DNA of 46,392 nucleotides from Flavobacterium sp. (GTDB lineage: Bacteria > Bacteroidota > Bacteroidia > Flavobacteriales > Flavobacteriaceae). Of the stretch, positions 28,670 through 39,307 are shown one piece after another (positions within the stretch are counted from its first letter, which is position 1; the number at the start of each line of letters is the position of its first letter). A program made the position numbers and the translations under genes. Under the pieces are notes generated by a model that was given only the letters and a program-made list of their open reading frames with translations, was not told the DNA's origin and did not search any database. The stretch is from NCBI GenBank assembly GCA_044237565.1, contig JBIIFA010000001.1, forward strand, positions 1 through 46,392. The letters are read 5' to 3'.

Positions 28670-30571
28670 ATGGACATTATTAAAAACATTTTTAAGGATA
28701 AAATCAATGTTTTGAGTTTTTTCATTGCTTTTTTGGGAGCATTTATGCTGATTCCAAATTATTTTGAAGCAGACATAATGCCCCTACCATTAGCCAATGA
28801 CTTATGGATGTCATTAGACCCATCATGGGGAATTGCGCTAAATTATGTTAAATTAAAAAATTTAACGTGGGGAACAGATGTCGCCTTTACTTATGGACCA
28901 TTAGCACTTTTTTGTACTCGAGCGGGTTGGGGAGAAAACAAGTTTACTTTTTTACTTTTTGACCTTTTTATGTTTCTAAACTTTTTCCCACTTTTTTTTA
29001 TTTCACTAAAAAAGAGCTCTAATAAAGTTATAACCGCTTTAATCCTTATTGCATTTTGTCTGTTAGCACCATTGTGGCTCGGTTCATCTAATTCATTGAT
29101 ACTAATGGCTTTTTTAATTTTTTGGATAAGAATAAGTTTAGACGAACCCAAACCCATTTATTATTTTTTTCAAATTGCAATCATCACACTTGTTTTCTTT
29201 ATTAAATTTAACACAAGCCTAATTGCCCTACCTTTATTTGTAGCGGGGATTATTTATAATTTATTTTCAAAAAAAGAGAAAGCCCAATATCTTTTTCTAT
29301 ATGCCTTACTACCATTTGTACTAATTATTATTTTAAGTAACATATTAAATGTTGCATTAGTTCCCTATTTTAAGTCTGGATTAGAAATGGTAAAAGGATA
29401 TAACGATGTTATGTTTTTTGATGGAAATATTAAAAACAGTGCTAAATATTCTTATATATTATTGGCTTTAACGACGGTAGTTTTTCTATTCAATATTTCA
29501 GTTTTTGACAAAAGCAAATTGTTCAAAAACGGAATTATACTATTTTTAATTGGCTCATCGGTATTTGTTTTATACAAACAATCATTTGTCAGAGCCGATG
29601 GAGGACACGTTTATGATTTTTTCATTTATTTGCCTTTGTTATTATTGTGTAATTTAGATTTTCACATCTACAACAACAAATGGTTTTTAAAAGTAATAAC
29701 GCTCATAATTCTTTTAATACCCTTTAAATTTTTAGCATTAGAACAAGATAAAACGGTCGAAATTAAAGGTAAATTCCCCAAATCGAATTACATTTTTGAG
29801 TTTAATAAATTTACAACAACATCAGGAATGCATTTAATGCCCAATGATTATAAATTACCAAACTCTGTTTTGCAAAAAATTGGCAACAATACGGTTGATG
29901 TTTTACCTTGGAACATTCTATTATTACTACAAAATAATTTAAATTACCATCCAAGACCTGTTTTGCAATCCTATTCGGCTTATACTCAATATTTAGAAAA
30001 CATGAATTTTGAGCATTATAATTCAAAAAACGCACCCGAATTTGTAATATATGAAGTTGCTGGGATTGATAATCGGTATGCATTCTTTGATGAATCAAAG
30101 GTTAATGTTGCCTTAATAAAAAATTATTTGTTGATTGAAACATTTGATTTTGATGGAAGGAAAGTACAATTGTTACAGAAAAAGCAAGATTTTAAACCCA
30201 TTAAACTAGAAAAAATAAAGGAATATGCCATGCTTTTAAATTCACCTTTAGTTCCACAAAAAGATGTTTTTTATGAAATAGGAATTTATAATTCATTGTC
30301 AGGAAAAATAACTTCTCTATTTAGCCATGCCCCAGAAATAAGATTAGAAATGAAAACTTCTGATGGCTATATAAAAGAATATAGAACTTCAAAAATGTTA
30401 CTCGAAACAGGAATTTTTTGTAATCAATACATTTCTGAAACGAAAAGTTTAAATTCGCTTTTTGATTCAAAAATTGACGAATTAAAAATTAAATATTACA
30501 TTATTAAACCCGTTGACGAATCATTTTTTAATGACAAAATCAGAATCACAGAATATAAAATAACACAATAA
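28670..30571 (+). CDS. Polytopic membrane protein, probable GT-C fold glycosyltransferase
   Basis: TM1 followed by an acidic loop (SLDPSW...FTYGPL), about 10 further TM segments and a soluble C-terminal domain. Sits between two epimerases, near a GT2. Confidence 0.55.
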   Translation: MDIIKNIFKDKINVLSFFIAFLGAFMLIPNYFEADIMPLPLANDLWMSLDPSWGIALNYVKLKNLTWGTDVAFTYGPLALFCTRAGWGENKFTFLLFDLFMFLNFFPLFFISLKKSSNKVITALILIAFCLLAPLWLGSSNSLILMAFLIFWIRISLDEPKPIYYFFQIAIITLVFFIKFNTSLIALPLFVAGIIYNLFSKKEKAQYLFLYALLPFVLIIILSNILNVALVPYFKSGLEMVKGYNDVMFFDGNIKNSAKYSYILLALTTVVFLFNISVFDKSKLFKNGIILFLIGSSVFVLYKQSFVRADGGHVYDFFIYLPLLLLCNLDFHIYNNKWFLKVITLIILLIPFKFLALEQDKTVEIKGKFPKSNYIFEFNKFTTTSGMHLMPNDYKLPNSVLQKIGNNTVDVLPWNILLLLQNNLNYHPRPVLQSYSAYTQYLENMNFEHYNSKNAPEFVIYEVAGIDNRYAFFDESKVNVALIKNYLLIETFDFDGRKVQLLQKKQDFKPIKLEKIKEYAMLLNSPLVPQKDVFYEIGIYNSLSGKITSLFSHAPEIRLEMKTSDGYIKEYRTSKMLLETGIFCNQYISETKSLNSLFDSKIDELKIKYYIIKPVDESFFNDKIRITEYKITQ

Positions 30572-30572
30572 C

Positions 30573-31634
30573 ATGAACATTTGCATCATCACAGGGTCGT
30601 CAGGGTTAATAGGAAGTGAGTCTGTCGCTTTTTTTGCTCCGAAATTTGATAAAATTATTGGAATTGATAACAATATGCGCCAGGTTTTCTTTGGTGCGGA
30701 CGCTTCAACAGAGTGGAATACAAAAAAATTAACAGAAACAATTCCGAATTTTGAGCACCATCATGCAGATATTCGAAATATCGATGAGTTAGAAAAAATA
30801 TTCTCTACTTATGGTTCAGACATAAAATTGGTAATTCATACAGCGGCACAACCAAGCCATGATTGGGCGGCTAATGAACCAATTACAGATTTTACTGTAA
30901 ATGCTAACGGAACCTTGAATATGCTTGAAGCAACAAGATTGCATTGTCCAAAAGCCACATTTATTTTTACATCTACTAATAAAGTATATGGTGATACACC
31001 AAATTATTTACCATTGGTGGAGCTCGAAAAAAGATGGGAAATCGACGAAAGTCATCCCTATTTTATAAACGGCATAGATGAAAAAATGAGTATCGACCAA
31101 ACGAAACACTCTTTATTTGGGGCTTCAAAAGTCGCTGCTGATGTACTAGTTCAAGAATATGGAAAATATTTCGGAATGAATACGGGAGTTTTTAGAGGAG
31201 GTTGCTTGACAGGACCAAATCATTCGGGGACCAAACTCCACGGATTTTTGTCCTACCTTATGAAATGTGCTATTACAGGCGATAAATACACTGTTTTTGG
31301 TTACCAAGGAAAACAAGTTCGAGACAACATTCACAGTTGGGATTTAGTGAACATGTTTTGGCATTTTTATCAAAATCCACGTCAAGGCGAAGTGTATAAC
31401 GCAGGTGGCGGAAGACATTCGAATTGCTCGATGTCAGAAGCAATCGAAATGTGTGAAGCCATCACAGGAAAACCTATGAATCATGAATATTCAGAAGACA
31501 ACCGTATTGGCGATCATATTTGGTGGATTAGTGATGTTTCTAAATTTAAAGCACATTACCCAGATTGGACTTGGAAGTACAACATCAATGATATTTTGAC
31601 GCAGATATACGAAAACACGTCTAAAAGACAATAA
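30573..31634 (+). CDS. NAD-dependent epimerase/dehydratase (RfbE-like)
   Basis: [24 protein letters not shown] and GKQVRDNIH motifs. FGASK stands in place of YxxxK. Confidence 0.85.
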   Translation: MNICIITGSSGLIGSESVAFFAPKFDKIIGIDNNMRQVFFGADASTEWNTKKLTETIPNFEHHHADIRNIDELEKIFSTYGSDIKLVIHTAAQPSHDWAANEPITDFTVNANGTLNMLEATRLHCPKATFIFTSTNKVYGDTPNYLPLVELEKRWEIDESHPYFINGIDEKMSIDQTKHSLFGASKVAADVLVQEYGKYFGMNTGVFRGGCLTGPNHSGTKLHGFLSYLMKCAITGDKYTVFGYQGKQVRDNIHSWDLVNMFWHFYQNPRQGEVYNAGGGRHSNCSMSEAIEMCEAITGKPMNHEYSEDNRIGDHIWWISDVSKFKAHYPDWTWKYNINDILTQIYENTSKRQ

Positions 31635-31637
31635 TAA

Positions 31638-32372
31638 ATGAAATTAAGTATTGTAATTCCGGCCTATAACGAAGAAGAATCTATAGCCGAAACGATAGAT
31701 CAAATTGAAGAAGCTTTTTCAAAAGTAGCTATTGAGCACGAAATATTTATTGTCAATGACAATTCAAAAGACAACACGATTAAAGTTTTGGAAGAATTGG
31801 CTATTAAATACCCAGCAGTAAAATACGAAACAAATATAGGTCCTAATGGATTTGGATACGCAGTTCGTTATGGTTTAGAAAGATATTCTGGTGATTGTGT
31901 TGCCGTAATGATGGCTGATTTATCCGATTCTCCTTACGATTTGATTCGGTATTATACGACCATGTTAGAAGGTAATTATGATTGTGTTTTTGGGAGTAGG
32001 TTTATAAAAGGTGGAAAAGTAATAGATTATCCTTGGATAAAAAAAATCATTAATAGAGTTGCTAATTTTATTATAAGAATGGTAATGAGAATCAAATACA
32101 ACGATACAACAAATGCTTTTAAACTATATAAAAGGGAGGCAATTGATGGTGTAAAACCAATATTGTCCCCACACTTTAATTTAACTATCGAGTTGCCTTT
32201 AAAAGCAATAATTAGAGGTTATTCCTATGCGATTGTTCCCAATTCCTGGACGAATAGAAAATATGGGGTTTCAAAATTGAAAATTAAAGAAATGGGAAGC
32301 CGCTATTTTTTTATTTTAGTGTATTGTTTTGTAGAAAAATATTTTTCTAGAGGCGATTTTTCAAAGAAATAA
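31638..32372 (+). CDS. GT2 polyprenyl-phosphate glycosyltransferase (DPM1-like, soluble)
   Basis: SIVIPAYNEE, VNDNSKD, MMADLSD and GSRF motifs. Confidence 0.88.
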   Translation: MKLSIVIPAYNEEESIAETIDQIEEAFSKVAIEHEIFIVNDNSKDNTIKVLEELAIKYPAVKYETNIGPNGFGYAVRYGLERYSGDCVAVMMADLSDSPYDLIRYYTTMLEGNYDCVFGSRFIKGGKVIDYPWIKKIINRVANFIIRMVMRIKYNDTTNAFKLYKREAIDGVKPILSPHFNLTIELPLKAIIRGYSYAIVPNSWTNRKYGVSKLKIKEMGSRYFFILVYCFVEKYFSRGDFSKK

Positions 32373-32408
32373 AAAGGAATTAATTTTAACACTTAACAAA
32401 AAAATATT

Positions 32409-32416
32409 TATTTTTG
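32409..32416 (+). promoter_or_regulatory. -7 promoter element (TATTTTTG)
   Basis: 14 bp upstream of the lipoprotein ATG. Confidence 0.5.
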
Positions 32417-32430
32417 TAAAAAAAAAAGAA

Positions 32431-32973
32431 ATGAGAACAAAATTTTTTATTGCAGCAATACTATTGGCAGGAATCTTCACAAGTTGTAAAAACGAAAAAT
32501 CAGTTGATTCTTTAGATGTTGTAAAATCGGAAGTGGTAGACAATAATTTTCAAGTAACACTTGATGTAATTGTTAAAAAGAATGATGATTTTGCTCTTTT
32601 TTACTCAGAAGATGGTACTTCAAACTTCACGCTAGCACCAGTATGGATGGGAGTTAAAGGATCCGAAAATGTTCAAAAAGTTGTATTCGCACTTCCAGAA
32701 AATACTATTCCTACGCATTTAAGAATTGATTTTGGAATTAATAAGGACCAAGAGCCGATGACTATAATCAATTATAAAATGACCTACGCAGGAAAAACTT
32801 TCGAAACCCCAGGAGCAAGTTTTTTTAGGTATTTTAGACCAAATGAAGAATGCACACAAATTGACAAAGAGAAAGGCTTAATTATACCTGTTAAAAAAGG
32901 AGAAAAGTATTTTGGACCATCATTCTATCCAGAACAGTTGATATGTGATGAAATAGTTAAATGGGTAAAATAA
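32431..32973 (+). CDS. Hypothetical lipoprotein
   Basis: Lipobox FTSC followed by KNEK; beta-rich domain with LRIDFG. Confidence 0.8.
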   Translation: MRTKFFIAAILLAGIFTSCKNEKSVDSLDVVKSEVVDNNFQVTLDVIVKKNDDFALFYSEDGTSNFTLAPVWMGVKGSENVQKVVFALPENTIPTHLRIDFGINKDQEPMTIINYKMTYAGKTFETPGASFFRYFRPNEECTQIDKEKGLIIPVKKGEKYFGPSFYPEQLICDEIVKWVK

Positions 32974-32990
32974 TCGTAATAAATTCAATT

Positions 32991-33033
32991 AAAAATGCTA
33001 TTCAATATTTTGGTGTTGAACAGCATTTTTTTT
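32991..33033 (+). terminator. Intrinsic terminator after the lipoprotein gene
   Basis: AAAAATGCTATTCAATAT...GTGTTGAACAGCATTTTTTT. Confidence 0.7.
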
Positions 33034-33133
33034 AAATCGTTTAGCCAATTTTTATTAAAAAAATTATTTTATATTTACCACATTGAGTTATTGAAGCGCT
33101 AAATAATATTAAACAAAATAAATACTATTAAAA

Positions 33134-34078
33134 TTGAATTTAATTGATATATCCATAATTGTTCCATTATATAACGAAGAGGATGTTTTTGAAACACTAA
33201 TTCAAAGATTGACACAAGTTATAGATACAGCAAAATTTCAATGTGAAGTGGTGCTTATTAATGATGGAAGTACCGACAAAACGGCGGAGTTAATAAACCT
33301 AACATGTAGGAAAGACAACCGATTTTCAGGTGTACTTTTATCAAGAAATCATGGACATCAATTAGCGGTAAGCGCTGGATTAACCTATTCAAGAGGAAAA
33401 AAAGGAGCTATGATAATTGACGGAGATTTACAAGATCCACCTGAGTTAATAAATGAGTTTTATAATTTATTAATTGATGGATATGACGTAATTTATGCCA
33501 TTAGAAAAAACAGAAAAGAAATTTTTTTTAAAAAATTAGCCTATTCAGTATATTACAGACTACAAAAGAAAATTTCTAGTTTTAATATTCCAATAGATAG
33601 TGGCGATTTCTCGATGTTAAGCCGACGAGTTGTTGATACAATAGTAAGCATGCCAGAGCAAAGCAGGTATTTGAGAGGAATGAGAGCTTGGGTTGGATAT
33701 AAACAAATTGGTTTTGAATATGATAGAGACGAAAGATACGCTGGTGAAACCAAGTACAGTTGGTCAAAATTATTTGAATTGGCCTTCAACGGGATTTTTA
33801 ATTTCAGTGATTTCCCAGTAAAAATAATAACTCGATTGGGTTTTTTTACCGTCCTATTTTCATTAATCTATTTTTTGTACAATATATACAGAAAGATATA
33901 TTATAATGATGTTCCGCAAGGTTTTACAGCAACAATATTGGCAATAATTTTATTCAGTGGCGTTCAAATGATTTCATTAGGATTAATAGGCGAATATGTA
34001 TTAAGAATATATAATCAAGTTAGAAATAGACCGTTATTTGTAGTCGATAAAATAATTCAAGACGGAATAGATAAATAA
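33134..34078 (+). CDS. GT2 GtrB/YkoT-like bactoprenol glycosyltransferase
   Basis: VPLYNEE, NDGSTD, SRNHGHQ, DGDLQDPP, SGDF, two C-terminal TM helices and GEY..RIY...R.RP. TTG start. Confidence 0.92.
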   Translation: MNLIDISIIVPLYNEEDVFETLIQRLTQVIDTAKFQCEVVLINDGSTDKTAELINLTCRKDNRFSGVLLSRNHGHQLAVSAGLTYSRGKKGAMIIDGDLQDPPELINEFYNLLIDGYDVIYAIRKNRKEIFFKKLAYSVYYRLQKKISSFNIPIDSGDFSMLSRRVVDTIVSMPEQSRYLRGMRAWVGYKQIGFEYDRDERYAGETKYSWSKLFELAFNGIFNFSDFPVKIITRLGFFTVLFSLIYFLYNIYRKIYYNDVPQGFTATILAIILFSGVQMISLGLIGEYVLRIYNQVRNRPLFVVDKIIQDGIDK

Positions 34079-34083
34079 AAACG

Positions 34084-34848
34084 ATGGATCATTTATACTA
34101 CAAAGAATACTATAATTTAGAAAGAAATCATTGGTGGTTTGTAGCCCGAGAAAGAATAATTACTAGTTTTATTGTCAAGCTATTAAATCAAAATAAGCTA
34201 AGTACAACCAATTTAAATATATTAAATATTGGATGTAGCACAGGAAGAAGTTCAGAATATTTATCAAATTTTGGGACAGTAACCTCCATCGAGTACGATC
34301 AATTTTGTTGTGAGTTTGCAAGAGAAAAAACAGGGTTAGAGATTATTCACGGATCAATAGCCGAGTTGCCATTTGAAAAGGAATCGTTCGATTTAGTATG
34401 TGCTTTTGATGTAATTGAGCATGTAGAAAATGATGAATTAGCAGTTTTTGAGATGAAACGCGTAGCAAAAAGCAAAGGATTATTGTTAATAACAGTTCCT
34501 GCTTACATGGATTTATGGAGTCACCATGATGTTATAAATCACCATTTCAGAAGGTATAAATCAGAACAAATTAAAAACTTATTTAATTTGGAAATTAACG
34601 GAAAAGAAGTTTTTTCGTCTTATTTCAATTTTTTCTTATTCATCCCAATTTACCTCATTAGAAAAGTCAGTAATTTATTAAACTCTGGAAAGAACAGGCC
34701 GGGCTCGGGAAGTGACTTCGAGGCATTTAAACCAGGAATTTTAAATCAGGCACTTAATTATTTGATGGGTTCCGAAAAGTTATTTATAAATAATAATATT
34801 AGGTTGCCATTTGGGGTTTCATTTATTTTTTCGTGGAAAAAAGATTAA
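34084..34848 (+). CDS. Class I SAM-dependent methyltransferase
   Basis: E.NHWWF, LNIGCSTG, FDVIEH, TVPA and HFRRY motifs. Confidence 0.9.
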   Translation: MDHLYYKEYYNLERNHWWFVARERIITSFIVKLLNQNKLSTTNLNILNIGCSTGRSSEYLSNFGTVTSIEYDQFCCEFAREKTGLEIIHGSIAELPFEKESFDLVCAFDVIEHVENDELAVFEMKRVAKSKGLLLITVPAYMDLWSHHDVINHHFRRYKSEQIKNLFNLEINGKEVFSSYFNFFLFIPIYLIRKVSNLLNSGKNRPGSGSDFEAFKPGILNQALNYLMGSEKLFINNNIRLPFGVSFIFSWKKD

Positions 34849-34861
34849 AAAGATATAAAAT

Positions 34862-36715
34862 ATGAAAGCAATTAATTTAATTAAAAGCAATTACATCCTT
34901 TTGGCAATTATGTTTATTGCTGCTATAGCAAGGTTTTATCATATTGATTTTCAAAGCGTATGGCTGGATGAAATACATACACTTAACGAGGCAAATCCAA
35001 CAAAATCATTTTCGGAAGTGTACGATGCATTACTGGTTTCTGAACCCCATCCGCCATTATATTTTTTTATAACACACATCGCTTTTAAGTTATTTGGATA
35101 TACAACGTTCGTTGCAAGAATAGTTTCTGCCATTATAGGAATTGTAGGAGTTTTTAGCATATTCTTGTTAGGAAAGGAAATCTTTAACAAGAAAGTAGGA
35201 ATTTATGCGGCTGTATTATTAGCCTTTAATTATTTTCATATTTACTATTCACAGGATGCAAGAATGTATCCTTTATTGTTTTTAATGACGGTATTGTCTT
35301 TTTATTACCTCATTAAATTTATTAAAAAGCCTACTTATAAGTCCGTTTCAATGTATGTTCTTTTTTCTACATTGATGATTTATTGTCATTTTTTCGCACT
35401 ATTTACATTGGTATCTCAATATCTAATTTTGTCTTATTTTATAATAAAACCATATGAAACAGCAAGAAAAAAGTTCTTCACTTATACATTGATTTCAGGA
35501 ATAGTAACCATTATTTTATTTTTACCGGCCTACCGTTTATTTATCAAAACAACTGAAATAACTTCTATTTGGATTCAAATGCCAACACTAGATGTTTATA
35601 CTCAGTTTTTTAAAGACTTTTTTGGGCAATCAGAAATTGTTTTGTTTTTTGTTGTTTCATTAATCATATTGTTTTTCATTCAACTATTTTCTATCGAAAA
35701 CACTAAAAAATTCACGATAAACCCTAAGGAAGATAAATTATTATTTAGTTTTTTTATACTTTTTATTTGGTTGCTCGTAACACTTTTTTTACCATTAGTA
35801 AGAACCTATACAAGCTTACCGATGTTAATAAATAGGTACTTTATTAATATTCTTCCAGTAATAATAATAGTGGTTTCTACAGGGCTTTATTTTATAAAAA
35901 ATGAAGTCGTTAGGTATTCAATTCTGAGTATTGTTTTGTTGTTTTCTGTTACAGATATTGTCATAGTTAAAAAATATTACAAGCAACCAAACAAAACCCA
36001 ATTTAGGGAAGTAACTCAATTTATAATCGATAATAATTCAAATAATGATCCTGTTGTAACTAGTTTAAGTTGGTATTTCCCTTATTTTTTAAACAATGAA
36101 AAAGTGAAAAACACCATAATTGACGGAACTCTTGACAACTATGTAAACGAGATGATTCAGGATTCTATAAAAAGAAAATCCTTTTGGTATGTTGATGCTC
36201 ATAATAGGCCTTATAAGATTACAGATGAAACACAAAAATATTTAGAGAGTAACTTTTCTATTGAAAACAATGTTGATTTATATGACACTTGGACTAAACA
36301 TTACGTAAAAAGTTCTAGCGAACTTTCTAAAAAAGACATTTCAGAATTTAATCCAATTAAAGATAAAAATGGAGATGGAATTAATTTTACAATTGAAAAA
36401 TTTGAAAGTAATGAAGAGACAATTAATATTGTTGGATGGGCTTACTTAGAAAATATAGAATCTCAAAATTCGAATTTAGAATTAATATTAATTTCGAATG
36501 GCAAGGCCTACTTGCTTACAAAGCAAAAAATGAAACGCGACGATGTCACAACCTATTTTAAAAGTCAAAAAGATTTAAGTAACTCTGGTTTTGAATCGAA
36601 AACATATCTTAAAAAAGTGCCGTCAGGAAAATACCAGTTAGGAATTATTATTAATAATCCTAATGAAAATAAAAAAGGCCTGGTCATAACAGATAAAATT
36701 TTTGAAAAGAATTAA
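34862..36715 (+). CDS. GT39/PMT_2 (GT-C) membrane glycosyltransferase
   Basis: QSVWLDE, HPPLYF, YYSQDARMY motifs, many TM segments and a C-terminal Ig-like domain. Confidence 0.88.
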   Translation: MKAINLIKSNYILLAIMFIAAIARFYHIDFQSVWLDEIHTLNEANPTKSFSEVYDALLVSEPHPPLYFFITHIAFKLFGYTTFVARIVSAIIGIVGVFSIFLLGKEIFNKKVGIYAAVLLAFNYFHIYYSQDARMYPLLFLMTVLSFYYLIKFIKKPTYKSVSMYVLFSTLMIYCHFFALFTLVSQYLILSYFIIKPYETARKKFFTYTLISGIVTIILFLPAYRLFIKTTEITSIWIQMPTLDVYTQFFKDFFGQSEIVLFFVVSLIILFFIQLFSIENTKKFTINPKEDKLLFSFFILFIWLLVTLFLPLVRTYTSLPMLINRYFINILPVIIIVVSTGLYFIKNEVVRYSILSIVLLFSVTDIVIVKKYYKQPNKTQFREVTQFIIDNNSNNDPVVTSLSWYFPYFLNNEKVKNTIIDGTLDNYVNEMIQDSIKRKSFWYVDAHNRPYKITDETQKYLESNFSIENNVDLYDTWTKHYVKSSSELSKKDISEFNPIKDKNGDGINFTIEKFESNEETINIVGWAYLENIESQNSNLELILISNGKAYLLTKQKMKRDDVTTYFKSQKDLSNSGFESKTYLKKVPSGKYQLGIIINNPNENKKGLVITDKIFEKN

Positions 36716-36762
36716 TGGAATAATATCGCTTTAGTTTTCACTTCATTCTATTAATAAAATTA

Positions 36763-38037
36763 ATGTTAAAAGAAAAATTAATTCAAAAGTTAGGCGCTAA
36801 ACAAACCAAAGATTTTATAATTTATGGTTTCGGGCAAGCTATTAATCTAATCAGTCCTTTATTAGTAATTCCCTACATTGTATCAATTTGTGGAGAAGAA
36901 GGTATAGGAAAAGCGGGTGTTGGTTTTTCTTTTGCATTAATCGCGATTGTATTAGTTGATTATGGATCTTATATAAATGGAACCAAAGAAGTCTCCATTA
37001 ACAACAATAACAAAGAAATATTAGAAGAACGATTTACAACAATATTTTTAGCCAAATTTATTTTGTTGTTAGCGGTAATTTCGCTTTGTAGTATTATAAT
37101 TTTTACCATTCCTTTTTTTCAAAAAGACAAAATACAATTACTATTGAGCCTTTTAATTGTTGTGGGTCAGTTTATTAATCCAATATGGTTTTTTCAAGGA
37201 CTTCAAAACTTCAAATGGATAACTATTATCAATGTGCTCTCTAAGGCCATTTATGTTTCGGCTGTATTTATATTTATAAAAAAACCAGAAGATTATATAT
37301 ACATCAACTTTTTATTAGGCGTAGGATTAGTTATAGCCAGTTTATTAGGCTTTTTCTGGATTTATAAAACGTTTTCATTTTCATTAAAAAAATGTTCTTT
37401 AACAGCTGCATTAACTTTGATAAAGACTGAATTTTCATTGACGGTTTCTCAACTATTTTTTTCATTTTATCAATATGCCCCAATTATGATAATCAGTTAT
37501 GTATGCGGAAGCTTCATTGCAGGGCAATACAGAATCATAGACCAAGTTATCATGATTTTTAGAACGTATTTTCAAATTTTTTTTAATTTTATTTATGCAG
37601 ACATTTGTCTAAAAATATCCAACGATGTAACAATAGGAGTTTCTAGCTGGAAATTTTTTAACGGATTCAATTATTTGTTTGTCATGCTAATTCTAATTTG
37701 TTTTTATTTTAATGCAAGTGAAATTTTAGTTTTCTTTAAAATAAACCCAAACGACAATATCAAATTAGTACAATATTTAAAAATTGGACTATTAATTCCG
37801 CTATTAATGGGGATTTCCTTCGCATTAAAACAATTGATGTTCTCGTTCAATAAAAACGAACAATATATAAAAATCACAATTTTTTCAACGATTTTAAGTA
37901 TGATTGTGTTGTTTACATTATTACAATTAATAGGATTAAAAGGCGCTTTTATTTCTACCATTATTATCGAATTTATTATCATAATGTCGTATAGTTTGGT
38001 ATTAAGAAGTAGTTTTGTAAAAAATACCATAAAATAA
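36763..38037 (+). CDS. wzx: Oligosaccharide flippase (Wzx)
   Basis: About 12 TM segments; PLLVIPYI..VDYG and WFFQG motifs. Confidence 0.85.
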   Translation: MLKEKLIQKLGAKQTKDFIIYGFGQAINLISPLLVIPYIVSICGEEGIGKAGVGFSFALIAIVLVDYGSYINGTKEVSINNNNKEILEERFTTIFLAKFILLLAVISLCSIIIFTIPFFQKDKIQLLLSLLIVVGQFINPIWFFQGLQNFKWITIINVLSKAIYVSAVFIFIKKPEDYIYINFLLGVGLVIASLLGFFWIYKTFSFSLKKCSLTAALTLIKTEFSLTVSQLFFSFYQYAPIMIISYVCGSFIAGQYRIIDQVIMIFRTYFQIFFNFIYADICLKISNDVTIGVSSWKFFNGFNYLFVMLILICFYFNASEILVFFKINPNDNIKLVQYLKIGLLIPLLMGISFALKQLMFSFNKNEQYIKITIFSTILSMIVLFTLLQLIGLKGAFISTIIIEFIIIMSYSLVLRSSFVKNTIK

Positions 38038-38041
38038 CCTA

Positions 38042-39307
38042 ATGATTCAAGAAAAGTCAAATAATGTTCTTTATCAATTGCTTTTTGCACTTTGTGTCTT
38101 GATACCGTATATAAATATTTACGAATTAACTTTTTTGGTTTGGTTCTTGACTTTTGCAATAACAATTTCTAATAGATATTCTATAAGAATAGTTAAATAC
38201 ATAACCTGTTTTTCAGTTATTTTAGCGACAGCATTTGTAGTTAGTTTCTTTACAAATGAAAGCACGTATAATTTTTTTAGAGATATTGCCTACTTGCTTA
38301 AACCAATAATTGGTCTGTTAGTTGGTTATCAATTGTATAAAAAATGTCAAAATAAATTTTTCACAACAGTAATTTATACAGGTTTATTAATATCTTGTTT
38401 TCACCTAGTTATTGTTTTCGTTACATTTATTAGATTCCATGCCATTACTGTAAATTTATTGCGAGAATATTGTGGCTACCATAGCGACTATGAAGTTTAT
38501 GTCTTAGTAATACTAATGTTTTATAATAAATTTGAAATAAATTGGTCTAAGAAAAAGGCACATGTTTTTATAGCAATCGTTGCCCTTTCAAGTTTTTTAT
38601 ATTTATCAAGAACCAATTTCATTCAACTAATAATTCTTTTTATTGCGATGAAAGGATATTTTGTACTCAACAAAAAGTCAGTAACAATAGTAGCATCCAT
38701 TATCTTTTTTGTAGTTTTTGGATATACTGCCGTTTATCAATCTAATCCTCATAGATCGGGTAAAGGAATTGAGGCCTTTTTATACAAAATTAAAAACGCA
38801 CCCATCGAACCGTTTAAAACAAAAATAGATAAAGACAATTGGAAAGATTTTAATGATAATTACAGATCATATGAAAATATTCTTACGGTAAAACAAGTTT
38901 CTATTCAAGGAACATCAGCAGTACTTTTTGGAAAAGGATTAGGCGCTACAATAAACCTAGGTAGAGAAATTTGGACAAATGATGGCGAATTTATTCAGTA
39001 CATCCCAATTCTTCATAATGGTTTTGCTACAGTTTTTCTAAAATCAGGTATTTTCGGACTGTTTTTTTTATTGATTTTCATATATTTATTAGGCAAACCA
39101 GTAAAGTCAAATCTTGTTTCTGTTCAAAACCTAAATTTTATTTTAATTGGAACAGCGGTTTTTCTAATCGTTTCAAATTGGGTTTTTATGGGCTTATATT
39201 TAAAACTTGATAATAAATCCATACTTCTAGGATTCATCATTTGCTACCGTGAATTTTTATTAAAAAACAATAATCAACAAAAAAACAAACAAGTTACTTT
39301 AGAATGA
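38042..39307 (+). CDS. Probable polysaccharide polymerase (Wzy-like)
   Basis: About 10 TM segments, SRT motif, periplasmic loop with FGKGLG...HNGF. Confidence 0.7.
   Translation: MIQEKSNNVLYQLLFALCVLIPYINIYELTFLVWFLTFAITISNRYSIRIVKYITCFSVILATAFVVSFFTNESTYNFFRDIAYLLKPIIGLLVGYQLYKKCQNKFFTTVIYTGLLISCFHLVIVFVTFIRFHAITVNLLREYCGYHSDYEVYVLVILMFYNKFEINWSKKKAHVFIAIVALSSFLYLSRTNFIQLIILFIAMKGYFVLNKKSVTIVASIIFFVVFGYTAVYQSNPHRSGKGIEAFLYKIKNAPIEPFKTKIDKDNWKDFNDNYRSYENILTVKQVSIQGTSAVLFGKGLGATINLGREIWTNDGEFIQYIPILHNGFATVFLKSGIFGLFFLLIFIYLLGKPVKSNLVSVQNLNFILIGTAVFLIVSNWVFMGLYLKLDNKSILLGFIICYREFLLKNNNQQKNKQVTLE

Noticed and set aside
32418-32427. A10 tract as a phase-variation switch
   Set aside because: A/T runs of 8-10 nt are common throughout this AT-rich window and this one is outside the coding frame.
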